Source: a virus
Reading direction: 5' to 3' (one strand)
IMG/VR virus record: IMGVR_UViG_3300005529_000029
Coordinates: 11,240-75,239 of that record
Length of the DNA stretch: 64,000 nucleotides
The notes below the pieces were generated by a model. That model made no database searches. It saw nothing but the letters and a program-made list of their open reading frames with translations, and was not told where the DNA came from. This document shows, one piece after another, positions 20,308 to 29,027 of this stretch. Each line of letters starts with the position of its first letter. Position 1 is the first letter of the stretch. A program made the position numbers and the translations under genes.

Positions 20308-20904
20308 CTATCTCCTATTTTTTAACTCATTAGCTAAATTCATATTGTGACTAACGGCATACCAGTGAGCTCCAGCAATCCCATGAAGCATTGCTTCATA
20401 GATTCGGGCATCGATCTTTTTGTGTGTAAACCCAAGTCTCATAATAACTGGCAATGTGGCCAAGCCAGCATCAATACCAATTGCAGTGGGAACGCTCAAT
20501 TGACGTTTGCTATTTTTTGCGATACCAGTTTCGATGCAGCCAAATTTCTGACAGTGGAGTTGAGATTCAATATCGGCAGTCACGCTCGCCGCATAATCCG
20601 CCATCGATAGGATGCACCAAACTCCACAATGAACATCGGGTTGTGTGGGTCCAATATGACCCTGAATAGTCTGTTGCCACGGCATGTTCTGGGCTATTTT
20701 CGATTGATCAAAATCTCGAGCTGAGATAGGAGCGACATTAAGATGTGGCACCTTAAGCAATTTGGGTTTGACTGCATCGATCCCATTGCCATTAAATTGC
20801 ACTTTGGGCATTTCCAGGTGAACGACTTTTGTACTGGCCATCTGTCCATAAGCGGCTCCAAGGAATCCAAAGAGACAGATCAATAGGGAGAGGGTCTTTT
20901 TCAT
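20308..20904 (-). CDS. Secreted or membrane protein (lysis cluster)
   Basis: Signal peptide MKKTLSLLICLFGFLGAAYG. Confidence 0.65.
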   Translation of the reverse strand: MKKTLSLLICLFGFLGAAYGQMASTKVVHLEMPKVQFNGNGIDAVKPKLLKVPHLNVAPISARDFDQSKIAQNMPWQQTIQGHIGPTQPDVHCGVWCILSMADYAASVTADIESQLHCQKFGCIETGIAKNSKRQLSVPTAIGIDAGLATLPVIMRLGFTHKKIDARIYEAMLHGIAGAHWYAVSHNMNLANELKNRR

Positions 20905-21512
20905 AATGGTACCTCGCTTGAAGATTGGTCTATGATGAGTGCTTCAGAAAGAATTCGTTCGAAGGTCACAGCTAATCCGGCAATAGTTGCGGCCGAATCC
21001 TGGCCATTAATAATCCTGCGACACTCGATATACGCCTTGCAGATTTCCTCAAGAGCTATTGGAGTTTGATCATTCAGATAATCATTGAGAGATTTGCCAG
21101 TGAATAGACCTTGACGCATTCCAAGGGATGCAATCTGATATGCAATCTCCGGCTGGCAGGCAAGTTCAGGATCATTGACGAGATCCTGATTAATTAGGCG
21201 ACCGAGTTTTAAGTAATTGTCTTTCCACGTTAACTGAATGTAACCGCGGCCATAATAGACAAGTCCGGTCTTCGCATCTGGCATTCCATAAGATCGACCC
21301 TTCCCTTTTCCAAACTCCTCGCGCGGTAAGAATGTATGCGCCGTTTCCCATTTGATCGTTGCTAGAAGATAGGCATGTTTCTCAAGAACTAATGGCTCCT
21401 TGAACTGATCATCGGCATTGATAAATCCAAGGACTTGTCGGAGTCCCGCTGGCTGAATATGTCCAGGAAACGCGCGTGGATAAGCAGATACGGTTTGGTC
21501 GACATTATACAT
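20901..21512 (-). CDS. Endolysin, glycoside hydrolase family 19-like
   Basis: AYLLATIKWET, YYGRGYIQLTWKDNY and RRIING motifs; ATG at 21512 after GGAGG. Confidence 0.9.
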   Translation of the reverse strand: MYNVDQTVSAYPRAFPGHIQPAGLRQVLGFINADDQFKEPLVLEKHAYLLATIKWETAHTFLPREEFGKGKGRSYGMPDAKTGLVYYGRGYIQLTWKDNYLKLGRLINQDLVNDPELACQPEIAYQIASLGMRQGLFTGKSLNDYLNDQTPIALEEICKAYIECRRIINGQDSAATIAGLAVTFERILSEALIIDQSSSEVPL

Positions 21513-21537
21513 ATCGACCTCCACTCATCCGGAAAAA

Positions 21538-21612
21538 TGGAGCGCTGGCCTTCAGTGACGAAGGTTTTCCTGACTGGTTGTCAGTCGCATCAGCGTAAAT
21601 GCTTCCAGCGCT
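21538..21612 (-). ncRNA. tRNA-like cloverleaf element ending in CCA (non-canonical)
   Basis: Four perfect stems around a junction, then CCA and TTTTT. Lacks the D-loop GG and T-loop TTC of real tRNAs. Confidence 0.45.
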
Positions 21613-21702
21613 TAAAATCTGTGCAGATATATAGGTGGGCACTGAGGAGAGAGTTGTCATCTTTTTGGCCGCAGAATAAAGAAATTTACGATCGCCTCCC
21701 AA

Positions 21703-21731
21703 AAACTAAGTAAAAGGTCTTTAAATGTCAA
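21703..21731 (-). promoter_or_regulatory. Sigma70-type promoter for the late/lysis operon
   Basis: TTGACA (21731-21726), 17 bp, TAGTTT (21708-21703). Confidence 0.65.
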
Positions 21732-21791
21732 TATAAAAGTGTTAATGTATACGCAAAAATCAATACATTTCTGATTTCTTTAGGAGAATTT

Positions 21792-22535
21792 ATGAGTGCT
21801 GAGGTCGAATCATCAATCGAATCATCTGAGGTCAAACATCGGAAGAGTCAGATACTTATCAATAATTGTTGCCAGCATATAGAAGCGGCTATTCTAAAAT
21901 GTTTTCCAGAATACTATTGGGAGCACTGGATGGTAGTTGAAGATTCTCGGTATGAGCCATTGGCCGGAAAACCGCTGATGATAATTCTCGGTTTGGGCTA
22001 TCGCTCAGTCAGAGATGATGTGATTCGATCAATAGCAAAGAAGCATCCGGAAGTGCTGATCATCTCGCTTTTTAATATTGGCCGCCCTGGCTTTCGAGCA
22101 ATACTCGAGGATACATTCACGCCGTTTCATATCGAGCTTCTAAATTTCGTAAAGGGATTACCGGCGTTAATAACCTGTGATTGTGCAACTCAGCCAAAGA
22201 GTTTACAGGCATCGCAGATCCTCGAGCGCGCGAAAGAAGTTATCTATCGTCGTTATAAAGAGGCGCCACTAAATCTCTGGACTGTGGCAGATGAACTCAA
22301 GATTACGGCATCCCAGCTTTCAGCCTTTTTGAATCGAGGGGCAGGCATCAGTTTTCGAGCATTACTGCAGGGAATCCGGATCGAGAAAGCAAAAGAGTTG
22401 ATGACGTCACACCCGCAGATGTCAATTAAACAGATAGCATATTCTGTGGGATTTTCTGACACGCATTATTTCTCACGATGCTTTCATAAAGTTGTCGGAG
22501 TGACCCCGACCGAATATAATAAGGGCAATGGATAA
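21792..22535 (+). CDS. AraC-family transcriptional regulator
   Basis: Double HTH: VADELKITASQLSAFL...RIEKAKELM...IKQIAYSVGFSDTHYFSRCFHKVVGVTPTEY. Confidence 0.93.
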   Translation: MSAEVESSIESSEVKHRKSQILINNCCQHIEAAILKCFPEYYWEHWMVVEDSRYEPLAGKPLMIILGLGYRSVRDDVIRSIAKKHPEVLIISLFNIGRPGFRAILEDTFTPFHIELLNFVKGLPALITCDCATQPKSLQASQILERAKEVIYRRYKEAPLNLWTVADELKITASQLSAFLNRGAGISFRALLQGIRIEKAKELMTSHPQMSIKQIAYSVGFSDTHYFSRCFHKVVGVTPTEYNKGNG

Positions 22536-22782
22536 ACGATATTATCTTCGGGCTCGTATCTGGGGTATGACCTCTCTTGAAATTGATAAGATGAGGGAGG
22601 ATACATCTATCAAAATTATTTGTGCAGTTCAGCAGGTGGCAGATCGCTTGAAGAAAACCTATCCAGATATCGCAGATCGAATTTTTACAATTGAATCCTA
22701 TACAAACGCTTTTCCGGATAAATCGGAAATCCTTGTACGACACGCTGACCAAATTGTCATAGACGAACCTGATGGAAAATAA
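22528..22782 (+). CDS. Hypothetical protein
   Basis: Overlapping-gene chain after araC. Confidence 0.65.
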   Translation: MDKRYYLRARIWGMTSLEIDKMREDTSIKIICAVQQVADRLKKTYPDIADRIFTIESYTNAFPDKSEILVRHADQIVIDEPDGK

Positions 22783-23038
22783 TAAAGAGTCTTGGGCCAC
22801 ATCTAGCAATTCGGATCCAGTCTCGGATCTCAAGAGGTCCATAGAAAAGGCATTCGAATCTGTCGATAGCATTGCTTACTCCGATTGGGATATTTCCAGA
22901 TCTGGGAGAGACAAGACGTCGTTTTCATTACTCGACGTTAAATCTGGTAAGATCATCAGCCCTAACTTTGATACTGAAGATGAACTGGCCAATTGGATGA
23001 TGCAGAATTGGAGAAAACTTCATCTTGGAACTCACTGA
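22772..23038 (+). CDS. Hypothetical protein
   Basis: Overlapping-gene chain. Confidence 0.6.
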   Translation: MENNKESWATSSNSDPVSDLKRSIEKAFESVDSIAYSDWDISRSGRDKTSFSLLDVKSGKIISPNFDTEDELANWMMQNWRKLHLGTH

Positions 23039-23270
23039 AGAAAACATTAAGGCATTCATTTCCTGGCTCTACGATCAGGATGGATTCACCGAGTCGATGG
23101 TTCGATCAGTTGAGAGTTTTCTCAGAAAAATTAGCGAGACACATCAAAACGCGGACCAATTCTCAATGAGACTCCAAGGTATGCATTACAACTTTAGCTT
23201 TAAGACTTTCCCGGATTTTAAGATCACTGAACTTAACAAATCACTGCAATGTGTCGATAGCGATTTATGA
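23025..23270 (+). CDS. Hypothetical protein
   Basis: Overlapping-gene chain; TTG start after GGAG. Confidence 0.55.
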   Translation: MELTEENIKAFISWLYDQDGFTESMVRSVESFLRKISETHQNADQFSMRLQGMHYNFSFKTFPDFKITELNKSLQCVDSDL

Positions 23271-23580
23271 TATAATTCCACCTATGGGATTGATCCTTCT
23301 TATCATTGGCTTGGCAGTCGGCTTCACGATCGGCTTCATTCTGAACTGCCAGCCTGGATGGAAGGAACTGCTCTCGCTCCGAACCTCAATCAAGTTATAC
23401 CAGCAGGTCTTCGGCAAATATCCTGACGACGATCTCAAAAAGTTTTTAGATCCTTCTTGCATCGACAAACCGCGCCCCGCTGTTGACTGGAGTAGCGACC
23501 AGCCTATCGAAGTCACTTATACTCCAGTCCAGCATAAACGGATCGCTCCAGATCAGTGGCAATGGAAAGCCGAGGAATGA
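23251..23580 (+). CDS. Hypothetical membrane-anchored protein
   Basis: N-terminal TM helix. Confidence 0.6.
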   Translation: MSIAIYDIIPPMGLILLIIGLAVGFTIGFILNCQPGWKELLSLRTSIKLYQQVFGKYPDDDLKKFLDPSCIDKPRPAVDWSSDQPIEVTYTPVQHKRIAPDQWQWKAEE

Positions 23581-23822
23581 TGATCACTACGATAGATTCT
23601 GTACCTGATTTAAGCAATTTTCGCGATCAGACAATTTTGCAGTTTAATGTATCTTGGCTAATGTCCGATCAGATCACTGCTTTAATCGGTAAACTGATCT
23701 CAATTGATGGAGTGGCTGGTATCTGGCAAATAAAAAAGTGCGAGACTCGACTTCCTGGATTCACCACCGTAACTCTTTATGGATATGCTCCATCTAATGA
23801 GAAAACCCAGCAATCAAAATGA
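23577..23822 (+). CDS. Hypothetical protein
   Basis: ATGA overlap with the previous gene. Confidence 0.55.
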   Translation: MMITTIDSVPDLSNFRDQTILQFNVSWLMSDQITALIGKLISIDGVAGIWQIKKCETRLPGFTTVTLYGYAPSNEKTQQSK

Positions 23823-24001
23823 ATTATATAACCATCATTAATCCAACACCACGCGAACTCCCAGTCCAAATAACTGTATCCTCACCACTGGATAGATATG
23901 TATCTCCTAATGCGCTAGAATTGCCAGTACAGATTTCCATTAGTTGTCCTGTGCCGCCAACTCCAGTTTCTGATTTGCAATTGCTATCCCTTCGCTATTA
24001 G
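23819..24001 (+). CDS. Hypothetical Pro-rich peptide with duplicated ELPVQI motif
   Basis: ATGA overlap; internal repeat. Confidence 0.45.
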   Translation: MNYITIINPTPRELPVQITVSSPLDRYVSPNALELPVQISISCPVPPTPVSDLQLLSLRY

Positions 24002-24185
24002 CGAATTTCTTTGTGCAATTTTTTATTTCCTGATTTTTCCACTCGCTTCATACGCATATTTTTGTTTTGGATATTTCGACAAGAGCGCTTATATGTGCCT
24101 GGCGCGCCAGCGCATTGCGACCCCCTTTAGCGAGCTAACGATCCACCCCTGGCACTAGCCTGGCGCGGGTTAGGTAGGGGAGCGT

Positions 24186-24612
24186 GTCAGGTAATCGGAG
24201 CTCGGTCGTATTAGGTAACTACCTGATACTGCGCGAGTTACGGTCATTTTGATACGTCACTTCGACTAATTCACTCAAAAATGTCGAATAGACACACAGA
24301 TTTGTTACCTTCGGTGACGATTAACCAGAATCGGGTCAGTTCGACTCAAAACCGGTTAATTGACCGTCTTTAAACATATCCACTCGTCAGGTAATATCTT
24401 GATAAGTGTACATAATAAGACGTTTAGATACAGTAAGATAGGGATTATCTAGCGTAAGCTATTACAAATAAAGCGTTTATCGTGACTTATGGCATGACGG
24501 TTGTATATAAGGTAGGTGACTCTAAACGAGTTCGGTCTCTGACAATCCATTACCTATAAACCTGACTGTCTCATATTGTACGTCATTCTGACAGGAAAGA
24601 CGGTCAGGTAAT
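24186..24612 (+). repeat. Three dispersed copies of GTCAGGTAAT
   Basis: At 24186-24195, 24386-24395 and 24603-24612 within a 690-bp intergenic region. Confidence 0.8.
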
Positions 24613-24647
24613 GACAGGTGACTGGGTTCGACCGTTCTTTGACAATC
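24514..24647 (+). promoter_or_regulatory. Two tandem hairpin plus boxA-like units (nut / rrn-antitermination-like)
   Basis: AGGTGACT-hairpin-GGTCTCTGACAATC and AGGTGACT-hairpin-GTTCTTTGACAATC; boxA-like 12-mers at 24534 and 24634. Confidence 0.5.
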
Positions 24648-24693
24648 GAAGTACCACGACCGAAATCACATCTTAAGTATCGGAGATAATCAC

Positions 24694-25077
24694 ATGTCAA
24701 CCAATACCAATATCGTTAACGTCAACGCTCTGTCTTCTGATAAGGCTGCTGAAATCCGGCGACGTATCGAGGAAAAGCGGGCACAGAAGATTGACACTGA
24801 GGTTAAGGTCGAGATCGCGAATGAGCAGCTTGGCGAGCAGATCAAAGACTTCGCCACGCAGATCATGGCCAAGTGCGATCAGTACATCATGTGTGTCGAG
24901 GAAGGCCGTCTTGAGGAGCTGCCCATGGACGCAGGGCTTCCGGCAATCTACAAGGAGCTCAACAAGCGCGTCACTTGGATTAAGGACAATTACAAGTTTA
25001 TTAAGACGGGCGAGCACACAAACTTCAAGAGAGCTGGGCTGCAGAATCCGGTTCTGGCTGAAATTATCGGCGAGTAG
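24694..25077 (+). CDS. Hypothetical early protein
   Basis: 127 aa, GGAG RBS, followed by a terminator-like hairpin. Confidence 0.8.
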   Translation: MSTNTNIVNVNALSSDKAAEIRRRIEEKRAQKIDTEVKVEIANEQLGEQIKDFATQIMAKCDQYIMCVEEGRLEELPMDAGLPAIYKELNKRVTWIKDNYKFIKTGEHTNFKRAGLQNPVLAEIIGE

Positions 25078-25099
25078 TTAAACCTTAACATCGGTTAGC

Positions 25100-25127
25100 G
25101 GGTCCGGTTTGGTGTCCCGGACCCTTT
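25100..25127 (+). terminator. Stem-loop terminator
   Basis: GGGTCCGG / CCGGACCC followed by TTT. Confidence 0.55.
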
Positions 25128-25148
25128 GTCATTTTACAGGAGCGCGAC

Positions 25149-25316
25149 ATGGATACGTTAACTCTTATCAATGGATACAATGAAGCAGCGAAGGTACTAG
25201 GCCAAGCAAAGATAGATGCCGTTCATGATGCCCAAGCAATTTATAGTCAGGTCTATCGAATTGACGAGTATATAAATGGGCAGATCATGGCATTGCTTGC
25301 CGAGCTGAAAGGCTAA
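25149..25316 (+). CDS. Small hypothetical protein (55 aa, below the ORF-track cutoff)
   Basis: AGGAG RBS; MDTLTLINGYNEAAKVLGQ...AELKG. Confidence 0.65.
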   Translation: MDTLTLINGYNEAAKVLGQAKIDAVHDAQAIYSQVYRIDEYINGQIMALLAELKG

Positions 25317-25338
25317 TGATTCCCATAGGCGAATGACC

Positions 25339-25373
25339 AAGGGGAGCGGGTTGCCACCGACTCCCCTTTTCTT
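25339..25373 (+). terminator. Intrinsic terminator
   Basis: AAGGGGAG / CTCCCCTT stem followed by TTCTT. Confidence 0.75.
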
Positions 25374-25407
25374 ATGCCCAGGCGATGCCAGGCGATGCCA
25401 GGCGCGC
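25374..25407 (+). repeat. Tandem ATGCCAGGCG repeat, 3 copies
   Basis: atgcccaggcg atgccaggcg atgccaggcg cgc. Confidence 0.8.
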
Positions 25408-25627
25408 AGCTAGAAGTGTACATTAAGCGAGCTGGATCCTGGCAGCATAGCGCGCCGGCGCAGCCTTGCCCGAGTAAGTAGCCAGGTGTACAGGCGCAGC
25501 CAGCTTGATCTTGCAGGCTATTCACGGCGCGCATTAAGCATTCATGGGCAAGCATAGATCTACGAGCGCTAATCGAACCAAGGGCGCTTAGCAAATCATC
25601 AGGCAATACTTTAAGAAGGAGCAGCGA

Positions 25628-26056
25628 ATGAAAGCACGAAGAATAGATGGGCAGGTTATAGATATTCAAACTGGCCAGCAATTAACCGGCAAGGCGCTGG
25701 AAAGCATCACGATTACTTGGGCTGATATGAAAGGCGGGATCGGAGTCAGGTTCGATGACTGGCTCTTCGAGTGTGTGCTTGTTAGGCTTAGCCCAATTGA
25801 TCCCGTAAATAGCTCACGAAATCATCAAGCTATTAACAGTCTAAAAGAATTTCTAGACTATAACGTTCGAGTTAAGCAGCAGCGCGTGGAGATCCTGGAA
25901 TCACGGATCGCGGTATTATCAGAAGTGCCAGCGGATCGCTTTGACGCTCGGGCGTTTGAGCAAGCGCTATCTCTCAAAGAAGCTGATCTGCAGAAAGTCA
26001 AGTTAGAGCTCGAACAATTCAAATCCTGGCGCGATCTGATCACCAGCCAATTCTAG
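25628..26056 (+). CDS. Hypothetical protein (C-terminal coiled coil)
   Basis: 142 aa, AAGGAG RBS. Confidence 0.75.
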   Translation: MKARRIDGQVIDIQTGQQLTGKALESITITWADMKGGIGVRFDDWLFECVLVRLSPIDPVNSSRNHQAINSLKEFLDYNVRVKQQRVEILESRIAVLSEVPADRFDARAFEQALSLKEADLQKVKLELEQFKSWRDLITSQF

Positions 26057-26092
26057 AATCGATTCTACATTTGTAGCAATATGCTTTTTATG

Positions 26093-26172
26093 TTGACGCA
26101 TCTCTACACGCTTGTGTATAGTTGCCAAAGTCCAGCAAAACAGCAATATCAACTCTACACAGCTTTGTATAG
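26093..26172 (+). promoter_or_regulatory. Promoter overlapped by palindromic operators
   Basis: TTGACG (26093), 18 bp, TATAGT (26117). CTCTACA-N6-TGTAKAG at 26102-26121 and 26153-26172, with a third copy at 26381-26400. Confidence 0.7.
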
Positions 26173-26181
26173 TTACGACCT

Positions 26182-26481
26182 ATGGAACGATTCTCAATTA
26201 AGCAGGCAGCAAGTAGGCTCGGCGTTATTCCTCGCCGCGTCTACCAGTTCATCGAACAGGGTAGGCTTGTCGCGCAAACTGATGAGTTCTCAGGCAAATT
26301 ATTCATTACCGGCGATCAGCTTACCAAATTCAAGCGCCTGGATCGATCGCCAGGTAATCCCAATTTCAAGCAAAAGACATCTCTACACAGCGATGTAGAG
26401 TTAGACGCAGAGTCCACTGATACCGCGAGAACTTTTGAGCCTGATCCGGAAAGCAATTGGGCTCGCGCTTTTGACGATTAA
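26182..26481 (+). CDS. Helix-turn-helix DNA-binding protein (excisionase / MerR-like)
   Basis: FSIKQAASRLGVIPRRVYQFIEQGRLVA motif. Confidence 0.85.
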   Translation: MERFSIKQAASRLGVIPRRVYQFIEQGRLVAQTDEFSGKLFITGDQLTKFKRLDRSPGNPNFKQKTSLHSDVELDAESTDTARTFEPDPESNWARAFDD

Positions 26482-26830
26482 TAGGCAGCATAGAGATATG
26501 ATTAAGCCATTTGATAGCAGCTAATTAGCTAAATATGACATTCGCTGTCATATTTGCAGCAGATGCGCGCGCGGCGGCTTGGGGCAAAGCGCAATTTTAA
26601 AAAGATCACGGGCGATTCTCAGGGTCAAATACCAGGTAAAAAAGGTCAACGCAGAACGATCTACGACTCATCGTACAACAAAATAGTGCACAATCATCCA
26701 ATTGAGCCTTAATGACACAGGGAGCGGGTATATGAGCCATATAGAAACACGAGCGAAATAGGCTTATAGGTATATCCCTGACGTAAGGTAATCCTAAGGA
26801 ATAAGGGCAGATAAAGGCTATTAGTCTGAG

Positions 26831-26860
26831 TTGATTTCATAAGCTAATCTATGTTAAAGT
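26831..26860 (+). promoter_or_regulatory. Probable early promoter
   Basis: TTGATT, 18 bp, TAAAGT with extended -10 TGn. Confidence 0.5.
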
Positions 26861-26921
26861 GTCCTCGGTTTTTGTGTACATTTAGGGACATTTACGGAGC
26901 TATAGAGCGGAGGGTAAAGCA

Positions 26922-27128
26922 ATGGCAGATCGGGATATGGATGCTCTCAACTTAAATGAGCCAGAAGAGGCAAGTCCGCGTGATCTGGCAAGTTTCTGCG
27001 GTTTAGAGGCTGGTAAATGCGTAAGGAATGGGTCTGCTGATAGTGCCAGGTACTACGCTCGATGGGCAGCACATTATGGATTTGAGGCATTGCTCAAAGA
27101 AGAGAGGGATAATGATCATGGGTTATAG
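26922..27128 (+). CDS. Hypothetical protein
   Basis: GGAGG RBS. Confidence 0.65.
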   Translation: MADRDMDALNLNEPEEASPRDLASFCGLEAGKCVRNGSADSARYYARWAAHYGFEALLKEERDNDHGL

Positions 27129-27309
27129 ACCACCGCGACCGCCATTACGTGTTAGAGATATCTTTCCGGCACCACCCTGCCCTGATCCTCCAGGCGATGG
27201 ACGTTGTAAATCTTGTGGCGCTCCCCTCAGTAGGGAGTTCGTCATTAAAGGTCACTGCGGTTACTGCGGAATCACGATCCATCAACGGCAAGTTCCACGT
27301 GAAACATAG
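27112..27309 (+). CDS. Small zinc-finger protein
   Basis: CKSCGAPL...CGYCG. Confidence 0.6.
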   Translation: MIMGYRPPRPPLRVRDIFPAPPCPDPPGDGRCKSCGAPLSREFVIKGHCGYCGITIHQRQVPRET

Positions 27310-27503
27310 GCGAAATTATGAAATCAAACACAGTTCATAAGAACCAAGCGGGCTCGATTCCTTGTGGCGTCGATAGAGGCTACAACAAGATTAGAGCAAA
27401 GCAGATCTTCGTCACTTCCCACGATTGGCGCGTTGTCACCTGCAAACGTTGCCTTCTCACAATAAGCAAAAGCAAAAAGAGCAATAAAGGAGCATAAAAA
27501 ATT

Positions 27504-27746
27504 ATGATTATCGAGATTGATGGAGTTCAAACTAGTGACGTCCAGGTGGCGAAAGTCACCTTCCAGAAATGCGATGAACTTCCATTTGACTTCAGCTTGG
27601 TTTTTGGAGCGGATCATTCGATTAAGGCTGAGGCTGAAATGGATGGCGAAATGCTTGATTTAACACCATTAATTGGTTCTCTCAATATCATTGAAATGTT
27701 TAAAAATCGTGAGGGAGCATCGGCAAACGCTACCGGAGGTTTCTAA
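27504..27746 (+). CDS. Hypothetical protein
   Basis: AAGGAG RBS. Confidence 0.7.
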   Translation: MIIEIDGVQTSDVQVAKVTFQKCDELPFDFSLVFGADHSIKAEAEMDGEMLDLTPLIGSLNIIEMFKNREGASANATGGF

Positions 27747-27747
27747 T

Positions 27748-28047
27748 ATGTCGTTGCAAGACTTCGATTCCCTTCCCGATGATACGACCGTTGACACTAT
27801 CACCGCAGTCCTCAGAGCCGCGCGCCAGTCATTTACCAATGAAGAGACTCTAATAAAAGCCTGCATTCTCTGTGATACCGAATACCATATACCGGTGGAA
27901 GCCTCCGACCTGGCTGAATACAAGAGTCCGGATCGGCGCAAGATCCAGGAAGTCTTTCCTTACCTTCCTTCTGGCGATCGCGAGCTCCTCATCTCTGGCA
28001 TCTGTGAGAAATGCTTCGATGATTATTGCGAGGAGGATGAAGACTAA
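27748..28047 (+). CDS. Hypothetical zinc-binding protein
   Basis: CILC...IQEVFPYL...RELLISGICEKC; GGAGG RBS. Confidence 0.7.
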   Translation: MSLQDFDSLPDDTTVDTITAVLRAARQSFTNEETLIKACILCDTEYHIPVEASDLAEYKSPDRRKIQEVFPYLPSGDRELLISGICEKCFDDYCEEDED

Positions 28048-28433
28048 TGGCCGCGATTAATCCCGCAAAGCTTTATTCAACTGTCTGGGGTCTCTCAATG
28101 TCCGTTGTGAAGCCGATCCGAGTTGAATTATTGGCCAGAGCCAAAAATGGACGGATCGAATTCCCTCTGCAGGAGAGCTCGTTAAAGATTTCCAGGCAGA
28201 TCATCAACTTTCGCCAGTTAATTGTCCAGATGGCCTACAGCGATCTTCAGAATATGCTTGATCACGCAGATAAGCCAGAACAGATCAAATATATCCAGGA
28301 TGGCGTGGCTTTCTCCCATAAAAAGCTTGATGAAGCTATCGAATTTCACCGCGGACTCTTTGCTGAAATACAGCTCTGGAAGAAGACCAAAAAGCCTTTT
28401 CCTCGAGCCTTTGAATCAGTCGAATTTGTATAG
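28047..28433 (+). CDS. Hypothetical protein
   Basis: TAATG coupling with the previous gene. Confidence 0.7.
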   Translation: MAAINPAKLYSTVWGLSMSVVKPIRVELLARAKNGRIEFPLQESSLKISRQIINFRQLIVQMAYSDLQNMLDHADKPEQIKYIQDGVAFSHKKLDEAIEFHRGLFAEIQLWKKTKKPFPRAFESVEFV

Positions 28434-28441
28434 GAGCATTT

Positions 28442-28660
28442 ATGCCAGCACCAGATGACGATGCAGAAGATCGAATCTACAAATGGGAGATTGGCCCTTC
28501 AATCGACCGCGATTATGACTTTAATGTGACCGATGATGATGATCGAGCAGCTCAAATCCTTTATGAGATCGCTGAACACGAAATCGACAATCTGTTACCT
28601 GGCAAGTCGACTACGATAACCATTAAGCATAACAAGATCGAACCAAAACCTAATTCCTGA
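28442..28660 (+). CDS. Hypothetical protein
   Basis: AGGAG RBS. Confidence 0.7.
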   Translation: MPAPDDDAEDRIYKWEIGPSIDRDYDFNVTDDDDRAAQILYEIAEHEIDNLLPGKSTTITIKHNKIEPKPNS

Positions 28661-28695
28661 AAGCGCTTTCACCAATTTCAAAAGGAGATAATCAC

Positions 28696-29016
28696 ATGGG
28701 CTATGAAACTTACCATCAACTCTACATTGACACCAATAATGAAGCCATCTGGAAGGCGATTGACGAGGATCCGACATATGCGGATGTCAAATATGCTGTC
28801 GGTTCTGATGGAACTAGCGGCGATAGCTGTAAATGGTATGACCACGAGGTAGATATGAGGCGCCTCTCGGCCCAATTTCCAGATGTTCTTTTCACCCTTA
28901 ATGGCTCTGACGAAAATAACGAGGACATCTGGATCGAATACTATAAAGGCGGCAAGATGCAACGGTGTCCAGCCATAATCACTTTTGATGAGTACGATGA
29001 ATCAAAGCTAAGTTAA
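28696..29016 (+). CDS. Hypothetical phage protein
   Basis: CKWYDHEVDMRRLSAQFPDVLFTLNG motif; AAGGAG RBS. Confidence 0.8.
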   Translation: MGYETYHQLYIDTNNEAIWKAIDEDPTYADVKYAVGSDGTSGDSCKWYDHEVDMRRLSAQFPDVLFTLNGSDENNEDIWIEYYKGGKMQRCPAIITFDEYDESKLS

Positions 29017-29027
29017 GGAGCAATTCC

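Noticed and set aside
21538-21612. Canonical tRNA gene
   Set aside because: No U8, no D-loop GG, no TTC loop, and a 5-nt anticodon loop. Reported only as tRNA-like.
21650-21659. 10-nt match (TGACAACTCT, minus strand) to the CRISPR repeat in the late leader
   Set aside because: A few 10-mer matches to a 36-mer are expected by chance in 64 kb; there is no repeat hairpin or spacer context.
845-21713. Plus-strand and alternative-frame ORFs across the structural arm
   Set aside because: Shadows of the minus-strand virion genes, including the tape measure gene absent from the track.
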